Shown in pieces: positions 17,066-25,838 of a DNA stretch of 32,000 nt; position 1 is the stretch's first letter, and each line of letters starts with the position of its first letter. The notes beneath the pieces are model-generated. The model saw only the letters and a list, made by a program, of their open reading frames with translations, was not told the origin of the DNA and did no database searches. Source of the DNA: Acaryochloris marina S15 (lineage in GTDB: Bacteria > Cyanobacteriota > Cyanobacteriia > Thermosynechococcales > Thermosynechococcaceae); assembly GCF_018336915.1 (NCBI RefSeq), contig NZ_CP064923.1, forward strand, positions 2,340,001-2,372,000. Reading direction: 5' to 3'. Both the position numbers and the translations under genes were made by a program.

Positions 17066-18151
17066 ATGCTCGCACAATTCAAACTGCGCTTTACCCAATC
17101 AACACGCAAAAAGATTGAAGCTAAACTGCGCCAGGCATACGGGAGTCAGAATTTACGTCTGGTCAAACGTATTAGTGCTTTATTGCAGCTTGGTCAAGGT
17201 GGTTCAGTGGCACAGGTAGCTGAAACATTGGCACTAGGCGAACAAACGATCAGGGATTATCTGCATGCATTTCTAAAACGAGGTATCGCTAGCTTTAGAT
17301 ACAAAGCGTCTCAAGGACGTCGCAGCAAACTCACTCCACGGCAACGACAACAGCTCAAGTCATGGATTAAAGCAGGTCCGCTCAAAGCTGGATACGAGTG
17401 TGGTTGTTGGAGTGCATTAATGGTTCAAGACCTGATTGCGAAACGCTTCAATGTTTCCTATCATCCCCATTATGTGAGTACTCTACTGAGGAACTTAGGC
17501 TTTTCATTTCAAAGAGCACGGTTTGTTGCAGCTCATCTCAATGAAGCCAAGCGACAAGAATGGATGACACACAAATGGCCTGAGATTTTGCGTTTATCAG
17601 CAGCCAAAGATGCCCTAATTTTATTTGGGGATGAGGCCAGTTTTGCGCAGTGGGGGTCGTTAAGCTACACCTGGAGTCTTCGTGGAGACCAGCCAACATT
17701 GCCCACCAGTGGTAAACGGAAGGCTTACAAGGTGTTTGGATTAATTGATTATCATTCTGGTCAGTTCTTCTATCAAGGTCAGACGGGACGCTTCAATTCT
17801 GAAGGGTATACTGCTTTTCTAACTCAAGTACTCCAGCAGACTCACAAGCATATTATTCTCATTCAGGACGGGGCTAGATATCACACCAGTAAAGCAACTA
17901 AGCAGTTCTTTGACCAGCAATCCGCTCGCCTTACTCCTTTCCAATTACCCACATATTCTCCTGACTTCAACCCAATTGAATTCTTGTGGAAGAAACTCAA
18001 AAAACGCAGCACACACCTACGGTTCTTCAAGCAATTTGATGACTTAGTTCAGCAGGTCGATGAGGGGCTACTGTACTTTAGTCAGACTCCCAATGAAATT
18101 ACTGTCTTAATGGGCAAATATTGCAAAACCTTGGGTACACAAGCTGCCTAG
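17066..18151 (+). CDS. IS630-family DDE transposase
   Basis: 361-aa ORF with an N-terminal HTH (SVAQVAETLALGEQTIRDYL). The catalytic blocks are LILFGDEASF, IILIQDGARYH and YSPDFNPIEFLWKKLK. No frameshift is needed. Confidence 0.93.
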   Translation: MLAQFKLRFTQSTRKKIEAKLRQAYGSQNLRLVKRISALLQLGQGGSVAQVAETLALGEQTIRDYLHAFLKRGIASFRYKASQGRRSKLTPRQRQQLKSWIKAGPLKAGYECGCWSALMVQDLIAKRFNVSYHPHYVSTLLRNLGFSFQRARFVAAHLNEAKRQEWMTHKWPEILRLSAAKDALILFGDEASFAQWGSLSYTWSLRGDQPTLPTSGKRKAYKVFGLIDYHSGQFFYQGQTGRFNSEGYTAFLTQVLQQTHKHIILIQDGARYHTSKATKQFFDQQSARLTPFQLPTYSPDFNPIEFLWKKLKKRSTHLRFFKQFDDLVQQVDEGLLYFSQTPNEITVLMGKYCKTLGTQAA

Positions 18152-18156
18152 CTAAT

Positions 18157-18180
18157 CACGGATCTTTATCTGTAGATCTA
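18157..18180. repeat. IS right terminal inverted repeat
   Basis: This is the reverse-complement partner of 16947-16970. Confidence 0.85.
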
Positions 18181-18182
18181 TA

Positions 18183-18956
18183 GCTATGATTCCTCTGGTA
18201 ACCCTCTCCATTCCTGAGGGCGAAATCATCCCTACAGAATCTGAAACGAATCAGATTGATATTCGTGGCACCATTCGGGCCATTCGTCTGGTTCCTGGAC
18301 TGTTTGCTCTCATTTTCTTCAATACCTTCAATAACTTATTGGGGGGAGTCTTTATGTCTCTGATGGATGCCTATGGCTTGTCACTGGTTTCAGTCCAAAC
18401 CTGGGGTGTTTTATGGGGAGGATTGAGCTTAGGATTTATTTTGGGCGGCATCATAGTAGCTCGGAGAGGGCTAGGCAAAAATCCCCTGCGAACCCTTTTT
18501 CTTGCCAATGCAGGAATGTGGCTGGTTGCCATGTTTTTCACAATCCAGGCATCAATTGTGTTGTTGACGATTGGCGCATTTATTTTTCTCTGCTTAGACC
18601 CAGTGGTTGAGGCGGCAGAACACACCATCTTACAAACGGTGATTCCTTATGAACGTCAGGGCCGTGTCTTTGGCTTTGCTCAAAGTATTGAACAATCTGC
18701 TTCACCCCTGACTGCCTTTATGATTGGCCCCATTGCTCAGTTTGTTTTTATTCCGTTTATGACCACGGGGGCTGGGGTCGAACTCCTGGGTCCTTGGTTT
18801 GGGACTGGTCGAGATCGAGGAATCGCCCTGGTGTTTACGGTGACGGGACTGGTGGGATTGATATTGACCGTATTGGCAATGCGATCGCACTCCTACCGAA
18901 CCTTATCGAAGCAGTATCGCAAAGCTAAAACTCATAGTCTTGAGGCAAAGGTGTAA
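18183..18956 (+). pseudogene. MFS transporter, 3' fragment
   Basis: Hydrophobic multi-TM ORF. After deleting 16947-18182 it joins in frame to the 5' fragment (..AFTLL|AMIPLVTL..), giving about 440 aa, a normal length for a 12-TM MFS protein. Confidence 0.85.
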
Positions 18957-19080
18957 ATCTGCAGGGGGCCTGTTCCCATTGGGGGAAGTGAAGATATGGA
19001 TTCAGCACCGATGCTACAAGGATCACGGTGGCTAGAAAGTTAGAATTGAGTATGGTTCCTCATATTTTCGATACTGCAAC

Positions 19081-21174
19081 ATGATCTGTTGCCTCAGTCC
19101 TACCTGCGATCATCCCCAAAACCACGATGGAGTTCACTATTGCCAACGATGTGGTGTGCCCCTATCGGCGTTACTCAGAAACCGCTATAAAGTCGTCAAA
19201 CTTTTGGGGAAAGGAGGGTTTGGTCGTACATTCCTGGCCCATGATACGGATAACCTCAATGAACGCTGTGTCGTTAAGCAGCTCACCTTCCAATCCACCA
19301 ATGCCTGGATGGCACAGAAGGCTATCCAGCTATTTGAAGGGGAAGCCCAACAGCTTCAGCAATTGGGGACCCACCCTCAGATCCCTGCTCTACTGGGCTA
19401 TTTTGAAGACGAAGGCTGTCTTTACCTGATCCAGCAGTACATAGAAGGGAAAAATTTAAAGCAGCTTTTAGAGCATCAAGGTGCTTTTTCTGGGGAACAG
19501 ATTGAGCAGATATTGCTTCATCTGCTTCCGGTTCTCCAATACATCCATGAACGCGGTGTTATTCATCGAGACATTAAGCCAGACAATATTATGCATATTC
19601 CTGGAACCGGGAAATATGTGCTGATCGATTTTGGCGTTGCTAAACCCATCCCTGATCCGTCGAAGGAGCTATCTGGAACTGTTTTGGGGTCTCCTGGCTT
19701 TGCTCCTTATGAGCAAATGCGTTTAGGCATTGCGACGCCTAGTGGTGATTTATTTGGCTTGGGGGCGAGCTGTTTTTATCTCTTAAGCCAAACGTCTCCG
19801 TCCACTCTGGCAACGGAACATGGCTACAGTTGGCTAGAGTCGTGGCATTCCTATGTTTCCCAACCCCTTAGCCCTTTACTAAGGCAAGTTTTGAGTCAGC
19901 TTTTGCAAAAAGAAGCCTCAAACCGCTATCAATCCGCAGAAGCAGCCCTCAAGGAGTTAACTCGGAGGGTGCTGACCCCAGATGCCAGTACCATAACAGC
20001 TCTACCCAAAGCTTCGACGTTACCATTGCCAGTGCAGGTCCAGAATTCCCTAGAAGCGTCTTTACCGCCTACGAAGGTGGTTGAATCTTCTGTAGACCGT
20101 CGATCCAAGCCTTTTATTTTTTATCTCGCGCCCCAATCTAATGCTACCCCTCTCCAAAAAGACACATCTCTCCGCATTCCTCGCAAGGTGGTTGGGAGTG
20201 CCCTACTCACTTTGGCTCTCCTCGGCGGCATCGGATATATCGTCGTCCAAGGGTTACTTACCGTTTCACCCAAAGCGATCACGGTTGCAGAAGTCAATCG
20301 ACAAGTTCAAGGCCATCTCCAACAAGGGGATCAACAGTTTGCCGCAGGGGACTATCAACAGGCACTACGTGAATATGCAGCTGCGATTCAGAAAGACCCT
20401 GAAAATGCGAAAGCCTACTTTAATAGTGGCATTACGAAACGTCGGCTCAATGATCTACCGGGGGCTATTGCCCATTACACCACCGCTATTCGTCTCAAAC
20501 CTACCTCTGTCGATGCCTATAATAATCGAGGCCTGGTACGCAGTCAGTTAGGAGATAAACTCGCTGCCATCGCTGATTTTACGGAAGCGATTCGTCTCAA
20601 TCCCCAGCATGTTCAAGCCTATAACAATCGAGGAACTATCTATTCTGAGGTTGGAAAAAAACAGGCTGCCATCGCAGATTATTCCCAAGCGATACAGATC
20701 GATGCTCAGTATTATGAGGCGTACTTTAATCGCGGCATTGTGCAGTCAGATCTGGGCAATACCAAAGCTGCGATCGCAGATTATTCCCAAGTTCTTCGCC
20801 TGAATGTCAACTATGCTCAGGCTTACAATAATCGGGGAATTGCTTATTTTGCCCTTGGCAATTTGAAGCAAGCAATTACTGATTATACTGAAGCGATTCG
20901 GGTTGATGCCAAATATGCCAGAGCCTATACCAACCGGGGAACAGCTCAATTAGCCTTGGGGAATACACAAGCCGCAATTGCCGACTACACCCAAGGGATT
21001 CGCATAGATCCTAAGTATGCTAAAGCTTATGAGAATCGCGGTACCGTAAAAAGCCAGCTCGGCAAAAAACAAGAGGCTATTCAAGACTTACAAAAAGCTG
21101 CAGATATTTACCAATCTCAAGAGAAAACAAAAGACTACCAGAATATTATTGAGAGTATAGAAAAATTGCCATAA
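19081..21174 (+). CDS. Ser/Thr protein kinase with N-terminal 4-Cys zinc ribbon, one TM helix and 8 C-terminal TPR repeats
   Basis: 697-aa ORF. Elements in order are CLSPTC..YCQRCG, GKGGFGRTF, VVKQL, HRDIKPDNIM, DFG and GSPGFAPYEQ, then the TM helix VGSALLTLALLGGIGYIVVQGLL preceded by RIPRK, then eight 34-aa AYxNRG..AIxDYxxAI repeats. Confidence 0.93.
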   Translation: MICCLSPTCDHPQNHDGVHYCQRCGVPLSALLRNRYKVVKLLGKGGFGRTFLAHDTDNLNERCVVKQLTFQSTNAWMAQKAIQLFEGEAQQLQQLGTHPQIPALLGYFEDEGCLYLIQQYIEGKNLKQLLEHQGAFSGEQIEQILLHLLPVLQYIHERGVIHRDIKPDNIMHIPGTGKYVLIDFGVAKPIPDPSKELSGTVLGSPGFAPYEQMRLGIATPSGDLFGLGASCFYLLSQTSPSTLATEHGYSWLESWHSYVSQPLSPLLRQVLSQLLQKEASNRYQSAEAALKELTRRVLTPDASTITALPKASTLPLPVQVQNSLEASLPPTKVVESSVDRRSKPFIFYLAPQSNATPLQKDTSLRIPRKVVGSALLTLALLGGIGYIVVQGLLTVSPKAITVAEVNRQVQGHLQQGDQQFAAGDYQQALREYAAAIQKDPENAKAYFNSGITKRRLNDLPGAIAHYTTAIRLKPTSVDAYNNRGLVRSQLGDKLAAIADFTEAIRLNPQHVQAYNNRGTIYSEVGKKQAAIADYSQAIQIDAQYYEAYFNRGIVQSDLGNTKAAIADYSQVLRLNVNYAQAYNNRGIAYFALGNLKQAITDYTEAIRVDAKYARAYTNRGTAQLALGNTQAAIADYTQGIRIDPKYAKAYENRGTVKSQLGKKQEAIQDLQKAADIYQSQEKTKDYQNIIESIEKLP
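20311..21120 (+). repeat. Tandem 102-bp (34-codon) TPR-coding periodicity, 8 units
   Basis: DNA strings such as gcctataacaatcgagg, gcttacaataatcgggg and gctgccatcgcagattattcccaag recur at 102-bp spacing within the kinase gene. Confidence 0.8.
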
Positions 21175-21312
21175 CGTCCCAAATATAGATATTACTAGAA
21201 AAGGGTGAGGTTTTGGTAAAAGGGCGTATTTTTTTGCCAAAATATTTGAAACTTTGGTGCTCGAAATTTCGTCCTTTTAGGCAACTGTTCCCTAACCTTT
21301 GAGGTCATTTTA

Positions 21313-21732
21313 ATGACTAAATTAGTACCCAGCATTCAACGACGCGTCTTATCCACAGCCGCCTTAGGTTGCTTAGTGAGCTTCTCTATTCTGTCCCCCC
21401 AGATGGCTAGGTCCCAGGACGTTCCTCAACCAGACCAATCCCCGGCAGCGACCGATGAAATCACACCGACCCCTGAAGCGGCCCCTACTCCTGGAACCCC
21501 TGAAGCCCTTCCCACTCCTGATCCCACAACTCCCAATAGTGGCCAGACTATTTCACCCACGACGGTAGAAGAGAGTTCTGATTCTATCGGTGGTGCTGAC
21601 AGCCCAGCTCCTGCAGCTCCTACAGGTGATGTTGCCCCAGCTAGTCCTGCCGGGATTAGCGAGCCAGCCCCGGCTACCCCAACAGCCCCAGCAGATGAAG
21701 TTGCGCCACAACCCGTTCGTGGATTGTGGTAG
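21313..21732 (+). CDS. Hypothetical secreted Pro/Thr/Ala-rich protein
   Basis: 139-aa ORF with a signal-peptide-like N-terminus (VLSTAALGCLVSFSILSPQMARSQD). The rest is P/T/A-rich low complexity ending in QPVRGLW. Confidence 0.5.
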   Translation: MTKLVPSIQRRVLSTAALGCLVSFSILSPQMARSQDVPQPDQSPAATDEITPTPEAAPTPGTPEALPTPDPTTPNSGQTISPTTVEESSDSIGGADSPAPAAPTGDVAPASPAGISEPAPATPTAPADEVAPQPVRGLW

Positions 21733-21773
21733 CCCCAATCTTCTGGATGGGATCTGAGTAAAGATCCAAATGT

Positions 21774-21820
21774 AACTTGCCCAGTAGATGAACCTTGAGG
21801 ATTGATCTACTGGGCAAGTT
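21774..21820. terminator. Perfect 16-bp inverted repeat (15-nt loop) between convergent genes
   Basis: AACTTGCCCAGTAGAT (21774-21789) pairs with ATCTACTGGGCAAGTT (21805-21820). There is no flanking U-tract on either strand, so terminator function is inferred from position only. Confidence 0.4.
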
Positions 21821-21933
21821 GCTGAGGGAATGAGCGATGCGAAGATGGCCAGTTTGAGAGGGTATTATCTCCATCCTGCTGAGAACGTCTCACCTGGGAT
21901 AAGGTTCAAAATGTTTGGCAGCACCATCAACCC

Positions 21934-22248
21934 TCAACCGATATTCAGTAATTCACTGAGTTGATTGAAAATCTGTAAGCAATGATTCTGTTGGTGAAAG
22001 GGCAATTCTTCATTCGTAACAACGACATCCATTTGCTTAGCATTAGCGGAGCCTAGGGCATTTTCCACCGCAACTTCAATGGTGACGAGTTTGGCCTGGG
22101 CAACTTGTCCAGGATGTTCTCGGGCAATCAGACAGTCCTTTTGGAAAAATAAGACTTCTAAGCCGTTCCCATCTAAAAATGTTTGTAATCTAGAGTAAAC
22201 GTTATCTAAAGGCTGTGAAACGGTTGTTGAGCAAGTATATCTAGCCAT
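21934..22248 (-). CDS. Hypothetical protein
   Basis: 104-aa ORF with non-repetitive composition and no motif I recognise. Confidence 0.45.
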   Translation of the reverse strand: MARYTCSTTVSQPLDNVYSRLQTFLDGNGLEVLFFQKDCLIAREHPGQVAQAKLVTIEVAVENALGSANAKQMDVVVTNEELPFHQQNHCLQIFNQLSELLNIG

Positions 22249-22734
22249 AAAAATTTATAAAGATGTTATTCGTCTAAAGGAGAGTCGCCCTCAATTTTCC
22301 CTATCTGGGAATGAATTGCATGGGGAAGGAGGCTCCTATGGGCTCAACTTCTCATGTATTAGTGAAGTTCCGGTTAATCCCGTTTCTGTCTTGAAGCGTT
22401 GCCAGATAGAAATTGGATGGCGATGGATAGGAAAACGACTCGGGTTAGATAGACGAATTCCATCAGGTTTCCTGGCGTTAATCTCTGGGTAACAGAAGTG
22501 ATACCTGTTTAGCAAAGCTAGGGGAAAGACGTAGAAATTTCCGAACCCTTTCTGAAAGCACTGAGATTAGGGCCAAACAGCCGACAATACGGTCATTAGA
22601 GGCCTTCTCAACATGTACTGACGTGGACCGACAACAGATTGTTTTAAAAAAAGATTAGGGCTAGCCCTACCCTATTCGAACTGTGACGGTCGGCAAGTTT
22701 GTCATAATAGAATTGAGATACTGGATAGTTTGGC

Positions 22735-23223
22735 ATGGCAACGGAACCGTCAAAAGCAACATTGACCTATAGCCAAGAGCAAATTCAGCAAATCCTCAAC
22801 CTTGCGATCGCACAGCAAGACTATGAGGGTGAATTTTCCCATGCGCAGCTTTTGGAAATCGCCGAAGAGCTGGCGATTCCCCAAATCACCTTGGAACAAG
22901 CAGCCCAAAGTATCAAAACCCAAGAAGGGGAATTAGTGAAGCGCCAAAGCTTTAATCAGTATCGTCGCGCCAACTTACGAAAAAAAGCAGGACGATATGC
23001 GATCGCAAATGCAAGTCTTATCCTGATCAATACCCTGATGGGATTTTCCTCCCCATGGTCCTTGTATATTGCCTTGATCTGGGGATTGCGCTTAGGACTG
23101 AATACCTGGAATGTATATCACACCGGAGATGAAGCCTACGAACAGGCTTTTCGGCGCTGGGAACGCAAGCATCAGTTTCAAAAAAAAGTCGATACCTGGC
23201 TGGGACGATTGTTGAGTGTCTAG
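22735..23223 (+). CDS. 2TM-domain membrane protein
   Basis: 162-aa ORF. A soluble N-terminal part is followed by RKKAGRYAIANASLILINTLMGFSSPWSLYIALIWGLRLGLNTW (two adjacent TM helices) and a basic tail. This is the layout of the 2TM family common in cyanobacteria. Confidence 0.7.
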   Translation: MATEPSKATLTYSQEQIQQILNLAIAQQDYEGEFSHAQLLEIAEELAIPQITLEQAAQSIKTQEGELVKRQSFNQYRRANLRKKAGRYAIANASLILINTLMGFSSPWSLYIALIWGLRLGLNTWNVYHTGDEAYEQAFRRWERKHQFQKKVDTWLGRLLSV

Positions 23224-23270
23224 CTGAGTAAAGCGTCTCTCATACCATTTACCTTGATCTGCAAGCACAT

Positions 23271-23300
23271 AGTCCCCTCAGCATCGATACTGAGGGGACT
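23271..23300. terminator. 11-bp perfect stem, 8-nt loop hairpin between the convergent 2TM gene and htpG
   Basis: AGTCCCCTCAG catcgata CTGAGGGGACT. The stem is GC-rich, and it lies 48 nt after the 2TM stop and 100 nt after the htpG stop. There is no clear U-tract. Confidence 0.45.
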
Positions 23301-23400
23301 ATAAACAGGTCTCTCGGCCCTAGACATTGACGTATTCTCATTCTCGAAAGGTTGAACATTGGAAAAAAACAGTATAGTCCTTCCCCAATGTTCAGTGAAC

Positions 23401-25407
23401 CTACTTGGCAGCTAACTCAGTCAACCGAGTTAACACCTGGTTGGAGCGCTCAGTGAACGCCTGCATTCCCTCCGCATCAAACCCTTTCTGAGCCATCAGG
23501 GCCAAATCATAAACATGGTGACAAATCTGATTTGCCAATTCTCCTGATGGGGATTGGCCATCCGCTTGGACCACCCCTCCTTGGCTCAGGGTTAACAGGT
23601 TTTGAATGAGTGGATGAGACGTGTTCACCAGCAACGTATATTCAGTGGGAAACTGCATTGTCTGTTGTTGCATCATCGCCATCATCTCCTGCATCCGGCG
23701 AGCAGATTCTGGTAACAGCACCATGGCTGGAGGAGCCCCTTGGGGAGTATCCGACTTCAGTGCTTCCGTACGAATCGTCAAATTGGGTTGGCCCAGAGAC
23801 TGCTCAAACAACACCTTAATGATTTCACTGCGCGTTTGGTTCGTGGTGGGATCGACAATTTCCGCTGCTTGGTCTTTATCAATGAGGGTTTCGTCTAAAT
23901 CTGCATCCACCCGAGCAAACTTAACGTCTGTATATTCCCGTTCCAAAAACGGAACAAAATGGGTATCGATAAAAGTATCCAGGAACAGAACTTCCAAACC
24001 TTGATTGTTCAGCAAGGAGACATAAGTGGCCTGGTTGACCTCATCAGTGCTGTAGTATACCTGGTTCTCATGACGCTCCTTATTGCGCTCCAGATACTCC
24101 TTCAAGGTGGTATGGGGTGGTTCTGCTGAAGTCGTAGGGGCATCTGGGGCATCTGCTGGAGAATCTGCCCAAGCATCATCTGTTGTATCCTCAGCCTTTT
24201 CAGCGGCTGGTTCAGCAGGAGTCTCGACGGTTGCTGCGGCCAGTTCAGCCGTCGTCCGATAAATCAGAATATCTTCGATCTGTGTCTTAAACTTATCGTT
24301 GTTGATAGCACCAAACTTGACGAAAGTTCCCACATCTTGCCAACAGCGAATATAGGCATCTCGATCGTCGCGATACAGAGCTTTCAGGCGATCACCAACT
24401 TTCTTAGCAATGTAATCAGCAATTCGTTTTACCGTGCGATCGTTTTGCAAAAAGCTGCGGGAGACATTGAGGGGAATGTCGCTACTGTCAATTACGCCCT
24501 GTAGTGGCATCAAGAACTGAGGAATCACCTCTTCACAGTTATCGCTGACAAACACCTGATTGCAGAACAGCTTAATTTGCCCCTTGGTAACATCAATGTC
24601 AGGCTTCAGCTTTGGGAAATAGAGAATGCCATTAACGATAAAAGGATAGTCTGTATTGAGATGCACCCACAGTAAAGGGTCTTCCTGGAAGGGATATAGA
24701 TACCGATAAAACTCCAGATAATCTTCGTCAGTGAGACTGCTAGGAGACTCTTTCCAAGGAGCCTTCTGCTTATTGATTTGCTCATCCCCTAATTTGATGG
24801 GGACAGGCAGGAAATCACAGTAGGTCTTGACCAAAGACTTGATTCGAGCTTCTTCGGCATATTCACCCTCCTCTTCCATCAACGTGAGGGTAATTTTGGT
24901 ACCTCGCTGATTCCATTCAGAGGCCTCTAGCTGATAGTCGGTATTGCCGTCACAGGACCAATGAACCGCTTCAGCCCCTTCTTTGTAGGACAGGGTATCA
25001 ATTTCAACTTTTTGCGCCACCATAAAAGAAGAATAAAAGCCCAAGCCGAAATGTCCAATAATGGCCTGATCGCCACTATCCTTATATTTCTCGACAAATT
25101 CTTCAGCGCTGGAGAAGGCAACCTGAGTAATATATTGCTTGACCTCATCGGCCGTCATGCCGATGCCATTGTCAGTAATGGTGAGCTGCTTGTTGTCTTG
25201 ATCAATGGTGATAACAACCTCAGGTTCCCCCACTTCACCGGAATATTCCCCGGCCATCGACACCATCTTCATCTTCTGCATGGCGTCTACTGCATTGGAA
25301 ATCAGTTCCCGCAAGAAAATCTCATGGTCTGAATAGAGCCATTTTTTGATAATCGGGAAGATATTCTCGGTATGTATCGAAATTGTGCCTTGTTCCAGCA
25401 TAGTCAT
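23401..25407 (-). CDS. htpG: Molecular chaperone HtpG (Hsp90 family)
   Basis: 668-aa ORF with IFPIIKKWLYSDHEIFLRELISNAVDA, DNGIGMT and GHFGLGFYSSFMVA (the GHKL ATPase motifs of Hsp90). Its length is typical of cyanobacterial HtpG, with an acidic/Ala-Pro-rich insert. Confidence 0.97.
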   Translation of the reverse strand: MTMLEQGTISIHTENIFPIIKKWLYSDHEIFLRELISNAVDAMQKMKMVSMAGEYSGEVGEPEVVITIDQDNKQLTITDNGIGMTADEVKQYITQVAFSSAEEFVEKYKDSGDQAIIGHFGLGFYSSFMVAQKVEIDTLSYKEGAEAVHWSCDGNTDYQLEASEWNQRGTKITLTLMEEEGEYAEEARIKSLVKTYCDFLPVPIKLGDEQINKQKAPWKESPSSLTDEDYLEFYRYLYPFQEDPLLWVHLNTDYPFIVNGILYFPKLKPDIDVTKGQIKLFCNQVFVSDNCEEVIPQFLMPLQGVIDSSDIPLNVSRSFLQNDRTVKRIADYIAKKVGDRLKALYRDDRDAYIRCWQDVGTFVKFGAINNDKFKTQIEDILIYRTTAELAAATVETPAEPAAEKAEDTTDDAWADSPADAPDAPTTSAEPPHTTLKEYLERNKERHENQVYYSTDEVNQATYVSLLNNQGLEVLFLDTFIDTHFVPFLEREYTDVKFARVDADLDETLIDKDQAAEIVDPTTNQTRSEIIKVLFEQSLGQPNLTIRTEALKSDTPQGAPPAMVLLPESARRMQEMMAMMQQQTMQFPTEYTLLVNTSHPLIQNLLTLSQGGVVQADGQSPSGELANQICHHVYDLALMAQKGFDAEGMQAFTERSNQVLTRLTELAAK

Positions 25408-25838
25408 TGGTATCCGTTCAGGCGATCAATAGTAATTCCATCATTTCCCTTAAAATATCGCATTTTCAATAGCCATTTAGATACGGTAAGAGCAGGTGAG
25501 ATCACCGATGGTATGGGATTCGGATATCCCTACCTATCCAACCCTTGAAAGAGATGGATCCAGAACCAGTGATTAAAATAGTTAATGTCTACGAGGAAAG
25601 TATTTTACAACCTTAGAAGGGTTAGCTATTTCTATCGGAATCAATAGTTAGAGGGATCCTATAGGCTATGGGAGAACTGATCATTAATATATCCTTGAGT
25701 GATAAAGAGGGATCTGAAATTTTGCGGAAATAGTACTTGATTAAGGTGTAAACCCTGTACTATTAGGAATAAAATTGAGAATCTTTTGCCATTTGGTTAA
25801 ATTTCTGTTGAATTCAGCCCGACTTTGCGAATGAAAGA

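Larger units (their letters stand above)
16947..18180 (+). mobile_element. IS630-family (Tc1/mariner superfamily) insertion sequence, 1234 bp, apparently intact
   Basis: It has terminal inverted repeats and a single DDE transposase ORF. It is flanked by a TA dinucleotide at 16945-16946 and 18181-18182, the hallmark TA target duplication of IS630. Confidence 0.9.

Noticed and set aside
18371-18890. ORFs 18371-18628(-), 18413-18610(+) and 18702-18890(-)
   Set aside because: They are shadow frames within the 3' fragment of the MFS transporter.
19127-20949. Alternative-frame ORFs inside the TPR kinase (19127-19429, 20141-20551, 20609-20803, 20746-20949)
   Set aside because: The kinase and TPR frame carries all the motifs. 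The repetitive TPR DNA keeps other frames open by chance.
22500-22620. Fragments resembling TPP-riboswitch strings (ACCCTTTCTGAA, CTGAGA)
   Set aside because: The elements are in the wrong order relative to the THI-box consensus, no pairing partners are evident, and the downstream gene is unrelated to thiamine.
23610-25332. Plus-strand ORFs 23610-23819, 23621-24004 and 24961-25332, and minus-strand ORF 24927-25148
   Set aside because: They are antisense or alternative frames within htpG.
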